Shown here: one piece after another, positions 34,867-44,640 of the stretch
Layout of the letters: each line of letters begins with the position of its first letter
How positions within the stretch are numbered: position 1 is the stretch's first letter
Source of the DNA: an uncultured Gammaproteobacteria bacterium
Lineage (GTDB): Bacteria > Pseudomonadota > Gammaproteobacteria > UBA4575
Assembly: GCA_963926275.1 (NCBI GenBank)
Contig: CAWUWP010000018.1
Span: 1 to 44,962, forward strand
DNA: 44,962 bases
Direction of reading: 5' to 3'
Made by a program: the position numbers and the translations under genes
Notes under the pieces: generated by a model
Databases searched by the model: none
Seen by the model: only the letters and a program-made list of their open reading frames with translations
Told to the model about the DNA's origin: nothing

Positions 34867-36966
34867 ATGCCTAACTCTAAAGACGAGACTTTAAATACTC
34901 TTGATGTCAGCCAACCTGAACTGTTCATTAATAGAGAACTCAGTCAACTCAAATTCAATGAGCGAGTATTAGAGCAGGCAAAAGATACCAATACACCTTT
35001 ATTAGAACGCTTAAAATTTCTGTGTATCTCATGTTCCAATCTAGATGAATTTTTTGAAATTCGCGTATTAGCCATTAAACAACATATTGAGCTTTCCACG
35101 GGATATACATCTGCGGATAAGAAGCCAGCAAAACAAGTGTTACGAGAAATTCATGAGTCCGCAACCATACTAGTTAAGGAACAATATCGCGTTTTCAATG
35201 AAGTTATATTGCCGGCGCTCACCAAAAAGAACGTGCAATTCTTAGCCCGTGAAAAATGGACAAAATCTCAACGCGAATGGATTCAAAATTATTTTACTAG
35301 CCAAGTAGAACCAGTACTAAGTCCTCTGGGCATTGACCCTGGGCATCCTTTTCCGCGTATTTTAAATAAGAGCTTAAACTTTATTGTTGAAGTTGGAGGC
35401 TCAGATGCTTTTGGAAGAAGTGGGCATCTTGCCATAGTACAAGCACCAAGATCATTACCAAGACTGATTCAACTGCCTAGCAATAAGGATGATGACTCAT
35501 TAAATTTTGTTTTCTTATCTTCTATTATTCATGAATTTGTACATGACCTATTTAAAGGTCTGCAAGTACATGGCTGCTATCAATTCAGAGTTACACGTAA
35601 CAGTGATCTATATGTTGATGATGAAATAGATAACTTACCACTCGCCCTAGAGGGGGAGATTGCTTCACGCCGATACGGTGCTGCTGCACGTTTAGAAACA
35701 TACATGAACACACCAGATCACCTGGTCGAATATTTACTTCACCAATTTGGTTTAGACGAAATTGATTTGTATAAAGTTAATGGCCCTGTCAATTTAAATC
35801 GATTATTGAATGCCTATGATTTAATTGATCAACCTGACCTGAAATATACTAGCTTCAAACCTTTGTTACCTGGCTCAATTACTTCTGATTCAAGTCTATT
35901 CAAAGTTATTTCCAAACAAGATGTATTGATGCACCACCCCTATCAATCTTTTGCGCCGGTACTTAACTTTATTCACCAGGCAGCAAAAGACCCTAAAGTG
36001 CTTGCCATTAAACAAACGCTTTATCGGACAGGTGCAAAATCACGTATTGTCGACGCCCTAGTGATGGCGGCTACTTCAGGCAAAGAGGTCACTGTTGTAA
36101 TTGAACTCATGGCTAGGTTTGATGAAGAAGCTAATATTTCGCTGGCCAATCGATTACAAAAAGCAGGCGCACATGTTGTTTATGGCATTGTTGGCATCAA
36201 GACCCATGCAAAAATGATTTTGGTTATTCGTCGTGAGAATGATCAACTGGTTCGTTACGCTCATTTAGGAACAGGGAATTATCATCAGTCAACGGCTAAG
36301 CTATACACTGATTACGGCATGTTCACTTGTAACCCTGAAATAACCACTGATTTACATGAAATATTCTTACAGCTTACCAGCTTCACAAAAATTCCAAGAT
36401 TGAATAACGTACTACAGGCACCTTTTACTTTATATAAAACTATTATTGAATACATTAATAAAGAGACTAAACGTGCTTCTCAAAAACGCAAAGCAAAAAT
36501 TATTGTACGTGTAAATTCATTAGTCGAACCTCAATTAATACAAGCGTTATACCGCGCATCAATAGCGGGTGTTGACATTAAATTAATTGTCCGTGGTCCA
36601 TGCTGTTTGAGGCCTGGTGTTAAAGGCATTTCTGAGAATATAGAAGTGCGCTCTATTGTAGGAAGATTCCTAGAACATTCCCGTGTCTTTTATTTTTATA
36701 ATGGCGGACGTTCTAAGCTTTATTGCTCTAGCGCTGACTGGATGGATAGAAACTTTTTCCGTCGCGTTGAAACTGCTTGGCCGATTAAAGATCGTGCTAT
36801 TAAAAAATGCGTACTCTCTGAATTAGAGCTTTACACTAAAGATAACCAGAATGCGTGGATACTTCAGCCGGACGGCGAGTACGTCCGCAAGAAAGTAAAT
36901 AAGAAAGATAAAAAAATCACTGCTCAACTTGAGTTACTTAAAAAATATTCTAAAATGAAAGCTTAA
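34867..36966 (+). CDS. ppk: Polyphosphate kinase 1
   Basis: 699 aa. PPK1 hallmarks include the N-terminus FINRELSQLKFNERVLEQA, the autophosphorylation-region motif KTHAKMILVIRRE and two PLD-like C-terminal domains (RFLEHSRVFYF). Confidence 0.96.
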   Translation: MPNSKDETLNTLDVSQPELFINRELSQLKFNERVLEQAKDTNTPLLERLKFLCISCSNLDEFFEIRVLAIKQHIELSTGYTSADKKPAKQVLREIHESATILVKEQYRVFNEVILPALTKKNVQFLAREKWTKSQREWIQNYFTSQVEPVLSPLGIDPGHPFPRILNKSLNFIVEVGGSDAFGRSGHLAIVQAPRSLPRLIQLPSNKDDDSLNFVFLSSIIHEFVHDLFKGLQVHGCYQFRVTRNSDLYVDDEIDNLPLALEGEIASRRYGAAARLETYMNTPDHLVEYLLHQFGLDEIDLYKVNGPVNLNRLLNAYDLIDQPDLKYTSFKPLLPGSITSDSSLFKVISKQDVLMHHPYQSFAPVLNFIHQAAKDPKVLAIKQTLYRTGAKSRIVDALVMAATSGKEVTVVIELMARFDEEANISLANRLQKAGAHVVYGIVGIKTHAKMILVIRRENDQLVRYAHLGTGNYHQSTAKLYTDYGMFTCNPEITTDLHEIFLQLTSFTKIPRLNNVLQAPFTLYKTIIEYINKETKRASQKRKAKIIVRVNSLVEPQLIQALYRASIAGVDIKLIVRGPCCLRPGVKGISENIEVRSIVGRFLEHSRVFYFYNGGRSKLYCSSADWMDRNFFRRVETAWPIKDRAIKKCVLSELELYTKDNQNAWILQPDGEYVRKKVNKKDKKITAQLELLKKYSKMKA

Positions 36967-38446
36967 TATCTATCGCTTTCAGATAATCACTTTCCTGCTC
37001 CAGATCTATCTGAGTTAGAGGTGATTGCTCTATCCAGTCTTTTTCAAACTCTAATTTTATTTCACTCTGTTTAGCCTGAATTGACTTAACCGGGAATTCA
37101 TTATCCACACGATCACGGTTAAGCAACACCGCAAGCCTTAGCAATACAATTAGATATTTAACTGCTTGGCTTTCATCGCCTTGTAAAATATCAAATGATT
37201 CAGCTCGAATCTTTCGTCGGTGACACCCAACCAAGCACGCTAGTCTTTGCTGTTCGCTACTAGCAAAACCGGGCATATCTGAATGCTGTAACAAATATGC
37301 TCCATGGCGATGGTAGCCAGAGTGCGCAACATCTAATCCCACTTCATGTAGCCGCGCTGCCCACTTGAGTTGATTTTCATGTTCTGGCCCAGCTAAATCC
37401 CATGGTTTTTTAACTTTATTTAGCAGCATTGCTGCGTTCAGCTCAACCCTATTGGCTTGATCAAAATCAATATGGTAGCGATGTTCAAATCCCCTCACCG
37501 TATCTGTGCGTACATCTTCATGCTCAAGATGAAGTCTTCCCAGCAAATCAAATAACACCCCTTCTCTCAATGCGCCATCGGAAAAATTCATCTGATTAAG
37601 ATTAAGGCTATCAAACACCGCTAACAAAATCGCTAATCCACCAGGAAACACAGGCAAGCGTTCTTTCTTTACACTAGATAAATCCAATTCTTTTGCGATC
37701 AATAAATCGCGTAGTTTAAATAGTGATTCCAACGATATTTCATTGCTGCCATCAGGCTGACTATTGACTACTTCACTAATAGCTTTAATGGTGCCGGACG
37801 TCCCAATTTCTAAATCCCAACCTATCTTTTTATAAGCTCCCACAAATGGACGTAACTGTTGCTTTGCGGCCATAAATGCTTCATCAAAATTCTTGCGCAT
37901 TACTTTACCATTAGTAAAAAAGCGCTCACTCATTGAAACACAACCCATAAACAGACTTTCCATTTTTAATGGTTGCATTCCCTCACCAACAATAATTTCT
38001 GTACTTCCACCCCCTATATCTACCACGATACGACGATCATTCGGGCGAGATATTGCATACGTGGTGCCTTGATATATAAGTCGTGCTTCTTCTATTCCAG
38101 AAATAATTTCTATCGGATGCCCTAAGGCTGCTTGGCCAGCTTTAAGAAATTTACGAGAATTTTTTGCTTGCCTTAATGCATTGGTACCAATCGCTCGCAC
38201 TGAGCCTGCATGCATATCTCGTAATCGTTGACCGAATCTTTCTAAACATGCGATGGCTCGTTGCATCGCTTCTTTATCTAGTTCTTGTGAGGAATTCAGG
38301 CCGGCACTTATACGTACCATTTCGCGCAATCGATCTATGATTTTTAATCGCCCATCATGACTGGTTGCCACCACCATATGAAAACTGTTTGAGCCCAAAT
38401 CCAACGCCGCAATAATCTCTGGCTCATATTCATCACTGAGTGACAT
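36950..38446 (-). CDS. ppx: Exopolyphosphatase (Ppx/GppA family)
   Basis: 498 aa. It has the N-terminal actin-like ATPase-fold motifs (AALDLGSNSFHMVV, DIGGGSTE) and a C-terminal HD-like domain. It is adjacent to ppk. Ppx and GppA cannot be told apart from sequence alone. Confidence 0.88.
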   Translation of the reverse strand: MSLSDEYEPEIIAALDLGSNSFHMVVATSHDGRLKIIDRLREMVRISAGLNSSQELDKEAMQRAIACLERFGQRLRDMHAGSVRAIGTNALRQAKNSRKFLKAGQAALGHPIEIISGIEEARLIYQGTTYAISRPNDRRIVVDIGGGSTEIIVGEGMQPLKMESLFMGCVSMSERFFTNGKVMRKNFDEAFMAAKQQLRPFVGAYKKIGWDLEIGTSGTIKAISEVVNSQPDGSNEISLESLFKLRDLLIAKELDLSSVKKERLPVFPGGLAILLAVFDSLNLNQMNFSDGALREGVLFDLLGRLHLEHEDVRTDTVRGFEHRYHIDFDQANRVELNAAMLLNKVKKPWDLAGPEHENQLKWAARLHEVGLDVAHSGYHRHGAYLLQHSDMPGFASSEQQRLACLVGCHRRKIRAESFDILQGDESQAVKYLIVLLRLAVLLNRDRVDNEFPVKSIQAKQSEIKLEFEKDWIEQSPLTQIDLEQESDYLKAIDIKLSF

Positions 38447-38508
38447 GGTGCACCCCTTGTAATCGCATCGAACATTCCTTATTCATTAGCTTAATATCTA
38501 GCAAACTT

Positions 38509-38673
38509 CTATTGATTGCGTTCTATCAGCGCTTGTCCATTACCATAATCTATCACTACACCTTCAGGAACAATCGCTGAAACAAATGCTCCACCGCCAG
38601 GCAAGTAGTCACCTTGTTTATACTTCACCATATTAATTAATACAAAACTAGCTTGGCCACTATCATCATACAT
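38509..38673 (-). CDS. Orphan 54-aa ORF resembling the conserved core of a type II secretion GspC-like (T2SSC) domain; possibly a gene relic
   Basis: The product is MYDDSGQASFVLINMVKYKQGDYLPGGGAFVSAIVPEGVVIDYGNGQALIERNQ. The pattern A.LI.N...Y..GD.LPGG...V..I.P..V.L..NG... is GspC/PilP-like. An in-frame TAG lies 5 codons upstream, and no other T2SS genes are nearby. Confidence 0.3.
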   Translation of the reverse strand: MYDDSGQASFVLINMVKYKQGDYLPGGGAFVSAIVPEGVVIDYGNGQALIERNQ

Positions 38674-38806
38674 ATGAACATTAACCTAGTATTGGCTTAA
38701 TTGAGTGGTTATTCTACTTGTAACAAAGACAAGCTGTAAAACTTATATAGACCAGCTATCGCTAATTTGATTTCAATCATAGTGGCCCATGCAGTAAGAA
38801 ATTAAT

Positions 38807-40183
38807 CTATAATTTACGCCAACTTGTTCCTTCTGGCCGATCTAGTATTTCTATGCCTAATGCTACAAGTTCATCCCTAATACGATCAGCGGTAGCAAAA
38901 TCTTTATCCTTGCGCGCTTGATAACGCTGGGCAATTAGACCGTCTATCTTAGTTTTATCAAGCTCACTGCTTCCTGCGCGAAACCAAACACTTGGATTTT
39001 GCTGCAATAAACCCACTAATTGTCCACATTCCAGTAAAGCACCTTTTAGTTCTGCACGCTTTTGATCATCGCTGGCATTATTAGCTAGCTTTGCCAATGC
39101 ATGTAGCTCACTAAATGCTAATGGTGTGTTTAGATCTTCTTGTATTGCATGATAAAATTTTTCTGTTAGCTGCGTTGAAGGCTCACTTGCCTGCACTGCA
39201 TTTAGCTCTTCCAAGGCACCATAAAGTCGATCTAGATTTTTCTTTGATGACACCAACAACTCATCCGTCCAATCGAGCGGGCTTCTATAATGTGTACTCA
39301 ATAATGCGTAACGCACTGCCTCACCTGGTGCTGTTTCAAGCAATTGGTGGACTAGTAATACATTACCACTCGATTTAGACATTTTTTCGTAATTAACATT
39401 AACGAAACCGTTATGAATCCAATATCGACTTAACATTTCATTGTCATGTGCGCATGTCGATTGAGCAATTTCATTTTCATGGTGCGGGAAAATTAAATCT
39501 TGTCCGCCACCATGAATATCAATTGTTTTACCCAAATGCTTTTCTATCATTGCCGAGCACTCAATATGCCAACCCGGTCTACCCGCACCCCAAGGACTCT
39601 GCCATGCAGGTTGATCAAGTGTCGATGGTTTCCATAAAACAAAATCGGCAGGATCTTTTTTGTAAGGTGCCACTTCAACACGAGCACCGGCAATCATATC
39701 TTCACGGTTACGCCCTGATAATTCTCCATAAGTTTTATATGCAGGCACATTAAACATCACATGTTTCTCTGCCTCGTAAGCAAAGCCTTTACTTATCAAA
39801 TCTTCAATCATAGAAATAATTTGATCGATATGGTCAGTTGCTCGCGGCTCTATATCAGGAAGATCAACACCTAGCGAACCCATGTCTTGATGATAAATAT
39901 CTGTAAACTTTTTAGTAACGACATCTATATCCACACCCTGCTCATTAGCAGCAGCATTAATTTTGTCATCAACATCAGTTAAATTTCTTGCATAGATAAC
40001 TTTTTTATAGTGTTTACGTAATAATTTAACTAACACATCAAACACAACTGCTGGGCGCGCGTTACCTATATGTGCATAACTATAGACGGTTGGCCCGCAC
40101 ACATACATAGTCACGCAATCGGGATTTAGTGGTTTAAATTCCTGCTTTTTCTTTGCTAGCGTGTTGTAGATTCTTATTGTCAT
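38807..40183 (-). CDS. cysS: Cysteine--tRNA ligase
   Basis: 458 aa with the HIGH motif (HIGNARP), the KMSKS motif (YEKMSKSSGN) and class I CysRS zinc-site residues (WHIECS). Confidence 0.96.
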   Translation of the reverse strand: MTIRIYNTLAKKKQEFKPLNPDCVTMYVCGPTVYSYAHIGNARPAVVFDVLVKLLRKHYKKVIYARNLTDVDDKINAAANEQGVDIDVVTKKFTDIYHQDMGSLGVDLPDIEPRATDHIDQIISMIEDLISKGFAYEAEKHVMFNVPAYKTYGELSGRNREDMIAGARVEVAPYKKDPADFVLWKPSTLDQPAWQSPWGAGRPGWHIECSAMIEKHLGKTIDIHGGGQDLIFPHHENEIAQSTCAHDNEMLSRYWIHNGFVNVNYEKMSKSSGNVLLVHQLLETAPGEAVRYALLSTHYRSPLDWTDELLVSSKKNLDRLYGALEELNAVQASEPSTQLTEKFYHAIQEDLNTPLAFSELHALAKLANNASDDQKRAELKGALLECGQLVGLLQQNPSVWFRAGSSELDKTKIDGLIAQRYQARKDKDFATADRIRDELVALGIEILDRPEGTSWRKL

Positions 40184-40216
40184 GTTAGTTGTTGTTAAAT
40201 TTTAAGTGGATAGAAA

Positions 40217-41239
40217 TCAAAATAGTCTTGACACAGAAAACTCTGCCAGACTATTCAATGCCGTTTTATAGTCACTATCTGGCAACCATTGTAGTGCTTG
40301 CTTAGCTTTTTCTGCTTCTTGCAAGGCGATACCCTCGGTATACTCCAACGCCTTGGTTTGTTGAATAACACTCATGACAAATTCCAAACTACTTCGATCA
40401 CCATTTTCAATAATTTCTGCCAACTGTTTTGCTTGATCTGGAGTCGCATTTCTCATCGCATGAATTATTGGCAAGGTTGGTTTTCCTTCAGCTAAATCAT
40501 CGCCCACGTTTTTGCCCATGGTTTCACTGTCTGCTCGATAATCTAATACGTCATCGATCAATTGAAATGCTGTCCCGAGGTGTTTGCCATAACTTTCTAA
40601 ATATTGTTCTTCTTGACTAGACCTTCCTGCTAGCAACGCTCCAATTTGTGCCGCCGCGCCAAATAGTTTTGCCGTCTTACACTTGATGACCTGCATGTAT
40701 TGGTCTTCAGTGGTGTCGGGTTCATTGCAGTTCATTAATTGCAATACTTCACCTTCGGCAATGGTGTTGGATGTCGTTGAGAGAATATCCATCACTCGCA
40801 TATCACCCACTTGGACCATCATTTCAAATGCTCGTGAAAAAATAAAATCTCCCACTAATACACTCGCTTCATTGCCCCATATGGAATTTGCTGTTTCTTT
40901 GCCTCGGCGCAGATCGGATGAATCGACCACATCGTCGTGTAATAAGGTAGCGGTATGAATAAATTCAATGATAGCCGCCGTTAAATAATGTTTATCACCT
41001 TGATATCCACACGCTTTAGCTGCCAACACAGCAATTACAGGACGTAGTCTTTTACCGCCACTATTAACGATGTACTCCCCCATTTGCTCAATAAGCACCA
41101 CATCGGAATGTAGCTGGGTTCGAATACTGGTGTTGACGCCAGCCATGTCTTTGGCAACAAGTGCCAGTATTTCATTAAGTTGCATGTGAATTGTCGGATT
41201 TTCGCTAGGAATGCCTCGCTGCGATGCGAGTTCATACAT
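40217..41239 (-). CDS. ispB: Octaprenyl-diphosphate synthase (long-chain trans-prenyl diphosphate synthase)
   Basis: 340 aa with both aspartate-rich motifs (LLHDDVVDSSDLRRG and QLIDDVLD). It is divergent from rplU, as in many Gammaproteobacteria. Confidence 0.9.
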   Translation of the reverse strand: MYELASQRGIPSENPTIHMQLNEILALVAKDMAGVNTSIRTQLHSDVVLIEQMGEYIVNSGGKRLRPVIAVLAAKACGYQGDKHYLTAAIIEFIHTATLLHDDVVDSSDLRRGKETANSIWGNEASVLVGDFIFSRAFEMMVQVGDMRVMDILSTTSNTIAEGEVLQLMNCNEPDTTEDQYMQVIKCKTAKLFGAAAQIGALLAGRSSQEEQYLESYGKHLGTAFQLIDDVLDYRADSETMGKNVGDDLAEGKPTLPIIHAMRNATPDQAKQLAEIIENGDRSSLEFVMSVIQQTKALEYTEGIALQEAEKAKQALQWLPDSDYKTALNSLAEFSVSRLF

Positions 41240-41342
41240 ATTATTAGATAGTCACACTGATCGATACCTTCTTGGCATCACTAGGTGTATATTTATTTTG
41301 TGGCCGTAATCATGAACGGTCATACTCGAGTAGGCAAGACGA

Positions 41343-41371
41343 TTGACCTATCCTCACTTTGTGGTTAGAAT
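41343..41371 (+). promoter_or_regulatory. Sigma-70 promoter for rplU-rpmA
   Basis: TTGACC (41343-41348), a 17-nt spacer, then TAGAAT (41366-41371). It lies about 43 nt upstream of the rplU ATG. Confidence 0.6.
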
Positions 41372-41413
41372 GCCGCGCTCTTTTTCCTAAAGATACACTA
41401 AGTAACTAATATT

Positions 41414-41725
41414 ATGTATGCAGTCATCGCCACAGGCGGAAAGCAGTACCGAGTCGAGCAAGGGGATGTCCTTCGCGTCGAAAAATTAAATGTTGAAGAA
41501 GGCGGAATAGTCGACTTTGACCAAGTGCTTATGATGGGCACGGGCGAAAGCGTTAGTATAGGTGCACCCTATATTGATGGCGGCAAAGTAAGCGCTGAAG
41601 TACGCGCTCATGGACGTGCCAAGAAGATTGAAATCATCAAATTCAAGCGACGTAAGCATCATCGCAAGCAAATGGGACACAGACAGTCCTACACAGAATT
41701 AGTAATTAAAGAAATTAGTCAGTAA
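41414..41725 (+). CDS. rplU: 50S ribosomal protein L21
   Basis: 103 aa. [25 protein letters not shown] is the canonical L21 N-terminus. Confidence 0.97.
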   Translation: MYAVIATGGKQYRVEQGDVLRVEKLNVEEGGIVDFDQVLMMGTGESVSIGAPYIDGGKVSAEVRAHGRAKKIEIIKFKRRKHHRKQMGHRQSYTELVIKEISQ

Positions 41726-41741
41726 CACGGAATAATACGCA

Positions 41742-41999
41742 ATGGCACATAAGAAAGCAGGTGGTAGTACCCGAAACGGTCGTGATTCTCAATCGAAACG
41801 GCTGGGTGTAAAATGTTTTGGTGGTCAGCGGGTAGTCCCTGGCAATATCATCTTACGTCAACGCGGAACAAGATTTCACGCAGGACAAAATGTGGGTTTG
41901 GGCAAAGATTATACAATTTTTGCAATCACACCCGGTGTTGTTAAGTTCGAAGTGAAGGGCCCTAAGAATAGAAAGTATGTCAGCGTAGTAAGCGCATAA
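41742..41999 (+). CDS. rpmA: 50S ribosomal protein L27
   Basis: 85 aa. [24 protein letters not shown] is the canonical L27 N-terminus. Confidence 0.97.
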   Translation: MAHKKAGGSTRNGRDSQSKRLGVKCFGGQRVVPGNIILRQRGTRFHAGQNVGLGKDYTIFAITPGVVKFEVKGPKNRKYVSVVSA

Positions 42000-42023
42000 T
42001 AGACACACCACTTTCGATTATAA

Positions 42024-42051
42024 AAAGCCCCGAAATTCGGGGTTTTTTTTT
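42024..42051 (+). terminator. Rho-independent terminator/attenuator after rpmA
   Basis: The stem-loop CCCCGAA-a-TTCGGGG is followed by a 9-T run, 25 nt after the rpmA stop. Confidence 0.85.
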
Positions 42052-42122
42052 GCCTTGGATATTTGCCTGTGGCATCTGTCCAGGCAAGTTGTCCAAGCAA
42101 AACGTATCAATAGGTAAACCAT

Positions 42123-43139
42123 ATGAAGTTCGTAGACGAAGCAACAATCACAGTATATGGCGGTAATGGAGGCAATGGTTGTATGGGCTTTCGACGTGAA
42201 CGCTTTGTTGCTAAAGGTGGCCCAGACGGTGGTGACGGTGGTGACGGTGGCTGTGTTTACCTGCGCACTCAGGAAGGCATCAATACATTAGCTGATTTTC
42301 GTTTCACACGTAGCTTTAAAGCTAAAACCGGCTTGAATGGTGGCGGCAGTAATTGTACTGGTCGATCTGGTGAAGATTTATACATTGACGTTCCTGTGGG
42401 TACCGAAGTCTATGATGACAATACTGACGAATGCATTGGTGACTTAACTATAGAAGGCCAAACTTTATTAGTCGCTAATGGCGGTTTTCATGGGTTAGGC
42501 AATCAACGTTTTAAGAGCTCTACCAATCGTGCGCCACGTAAAACCACCAATGGCTCTGACGGTGACATTCGTGATTTACGCTTAGAACTGAAGCTGCTTG
42601 CTGATGTGGGCCTATTGGGCTTACCTAGTGTCGGTAAATCATCATTAATCTCGGCGGTATCTGAAGCTCGCCCTAAAATTGCAGACTATCCATTTACCAC
42701 TCTTCACCCCAATTTAGGTGTCGTCAGAGTCGGTCCGCTGCAAAGTTTTGTCATGGCCGATCTGCCAGGACTCATAGCAGGCGCTGCTCAGGGACATGGC
42801 TTAGGTATTCAATTTTTAAAACACCTTTCGCGCTGCCGTGTATTGGTACACATGATCGACTTGTCTGACCGCGGAGAAGGCGAAGATCCTATTTCTCAAT
42901 TCCACACCATTGAGAAAGAACTTCAGGAATATAGTGAGTCTGTCTCCAATAAACATCGCTGGTTAGTATTCAATAAAGTGGACCTTTTGCTTGAAGAAGA
43001 ACAACAAGCTACGATCAAACAAATCTGTGATGAAATTAGCTGGCAAGGACCTGTTTATGCCATTTCAACAGTTTCTAAGGTAGGCTTAGATCAATTATGC
43101 AAAGATATTCTTTTGCATTTAGTCGAGCAAGATAGTTAA
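42123..43139 (+). CDS. obg: GTPase Obg/CgtA
   Basis: 338 aa with an N-terminal glycine-rich Obg fold (GGNGGNGCMGFRRE, GGPDGGDGGDGG). G-domain motifs include G1 GLPSVGKSS and DLPGLI. It is shorter than E. coli ObgE because it lacks the long acidic tail. Confidence 0.95.
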   Translation: MKFVDEATITVYGGNGGNGCMGFRRERFVAKGGPDGGDGGDGGCVYLRTQEGINTLADFRFTRSFKAKTGLNGGGSNCTGRSGEDLYIDVPVGTEVYDDNTDECIGDLTIEGQTLLVANGGFHGLGNQRFKSSTNRAPRKTTNGSDGDIRDLRLELKLLADVGLLGLPSVGKSSLISAVSEARPKIADYPFTTLHPNLGVVRVGPLQSFVMADLPGLIAGAAQGHGLGIQFLKHLSRCRVLVHMIDLSDRGEGEDPISQFHTIEKELQEYSESVSNKHRWLVFNKVDLLLEEEQQATIKQICDEISWQGPVYAISTVSKVGLDQLCKDILLHLVEQDS

Positions 43140-43140
43140 C

Positions 43141-44268
43141 ATGAACAATGACAATGCGACACATCAGCCATCTAAACGCTGGGTAGTAAAAATTGGTAGC
43201 TCGCTCATCACTAATGATGGTCAGGGCTTAAACTTACCCGCTATAAAGGCCTGGATGGGTGAATTCGCTCAATTACGCAAGCAAGGCTACGAACTTATCC
43301 TGGTGTCATCAGGCGCCGTTGCTGAAGGTATGGCGCGTCTGGGTTGGACTAAACGCCCACGCACCTTACACGAACTACAAGCTGCTGCTGCCATTGGTCA
43401 AATGGGTCTGGTGCAAGCGTATGAACAATATCTACAAGAACATAACTTACATAGTGCTCAAGTTTTACTGACACACGATGATTTACGTGATCGGCAACGT
43501 TATATCAACGCACGTTCCACACTCACGACCTTATTAGCGTTAGGTGTGATTCCTGTTGTGAATGAAAATGACACTGTCGCTACTGAAGAAATCCGTTTTG
43601 GCGATAATGACAATCTTGCTGCGCTAGTAGCTAATCTGATTAGTGCTGACCAATTAATTATACTCACTGATCAAGCGGGTATTTTCGACAAGAACCCCAA
43701 TGAGTTCAAAGATGCGAAATTGATCGAATCTTGTTCTACAAATGATAGGATTTTGGATATTGTCGCGGGGCCATCACATCATGACTTAGGGCGAGGCGGC
43801 ATGGTCACTAAGGTCTCTGCCGCTAGAAGAGCAGAACGCTCGGGCACATCGACAATCATTCTTTCTGGCAAACAAGAAAATGCTCTGCTTTCAATTGCCA
43901 GTGGTGAATACACAGGCACCACGATTACACCTGCGATTGAGCCACTCACAGCACGTAAGCAATGGATTGCTAACCAACTACAAGTCGTTGGCAGCCTTCA
44001 ACTCGATGCGGGGGCGAGTAATGTGATTAGGTCTGGTGGTGCAAGCTTGCTACCCATCGGGGTAAAAGCTGTCGCTGGTGAGTTTAAGCGCGGTGATTTA
44101 GTGGCTTGCAATGACGAGCAAGGCAATGAAATCGCGCGCGGCTTGATAAACTACAGTGCAGAAGAAACAAATAAGATTCTAGGAAAATCCACAGCCGAGA
44201 TCGAGCCGACTCTAGGCTATATCGATGAACCAGAATTAATCAATCGAGATAATTTAGCTGTTTTGTAA
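43141..44268 (+). CDS. proB: Glutamate 5-kinase (with a C-terminal PUA domain)
   Basis: 375 aa with the motifs VVKIGSSLIT, LVSSGAVA, NENDTVA and GRGGMVTK. It follows obg, as in many Proteobacteria. Confidence 0.95.
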   Translation: MNNDNATHQPSKRWVVKIGSSLITNDGQGLNLPAIKAWMGEFAQLRKQGYELILVSSGAVAEGMARLGWTKRPRTLHELQAAAAIGQMGLVQAYEQYLQEHNLHSAQVLLTHDDLRDRQRYINARSTLTTLLALGVIPVVNENDTVATEEIRFGDNDNLAALVANLISADQLIILTDQAGIFDKNPNEFKDAKLIESCSTNDRILDIVAGPSHHDLGRGGMVTKVSAARRAERSGTSTIILSGKQENALLSIASGEYTGTTITPAIEPLTARKQWIANQLQVVGSLQLDAGASNVIRSGGASLLPIGVKAVAGEFKRGDLVACNDEQGNEIARGLINYSAEETNKILGKSTAEIEPTLGYIDEPELINRDNLAVL

Positions 44269-44273
44269 ATGAA

Positions 44274-44290
44274 GAACGTCTTAGACGTTC
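44274..44290. terminator. Short hairpin between convergent proB and rpsT (weak terminator candidate)
   Basis: GAACGTC-tta-GACGTTC forms a 7-bp perfect stem. There is no clear U-tract on either strand. Confidence 0.3.
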
Positions 44291-44306
44291 GCACTTACCC
44301 GCTAAA

Positions 44307-44567
44307 TTACATTGCGCGGATGCGCGAATTCAAACGATGCTTATGTCTCGCTGCTTTATTGGTATGAATGATACCTTTACGAGCAGATACATCAATCACA
44401 GGAATAGATGCAGTGTATAGCTGTTGAGCTTCTTCTTTATTACCAGTTTCTATCGCTTTAACGACATTTTTAATAAACGTACGTAACTTTGATCTCATGG
44501 CAACATTACCTTGCCTAGATTTCTCTGAAGTGCGTGCTCTTTTACGTGCTGAAGCTATATTTGCCAA
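44307..44567 (-). CDS. rpsT: 30S ribosomal protein S20
   Basis: 86 aa. MANIASARKRARTSEKSRQGNVAMRS is the canonical S20 N-terminus. Confidence 0.97.
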   Translation of the reverse strand: MANIASARKRARTSEKSRQGNVAMRSKLRTFIKNVVKAIETGNKEEAQQLYTASIPVIDVSARKGIIHTNKAARHKHRLNSRIRAM

Positions 44568-44610
44568 AATCTGTCCTCTTAAATCTGAAGCATTGTGTTT
44601 TAGGGCGTCG

Positions 44611-44640
44611 AACTATGCGTTTTTCGTTGTGAGATGTCAA
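44611..44640 (-). promoter_or_regulatory. Candidate sigma-70 promoter for rpsT
   Basis: On the minus strand, TTGACA (complement of 44635-44640) is followed by an 18-nt spacer and ATAGTT (complement of 44611-44616). It lies about 45 nt upstream of the rpsT ATG. Confidence 0.4.

Noticed and set aside
42229-42252. A tandem GGTGGTGAC GGTGGTGAC nucleotide repeat lies in obg.
   Set aside because: It encodes the GGDGGDGG glycine-rich repeats that are intrinsic to the Obg fold. It is not a slippage-prone contingency locus or an independent element.
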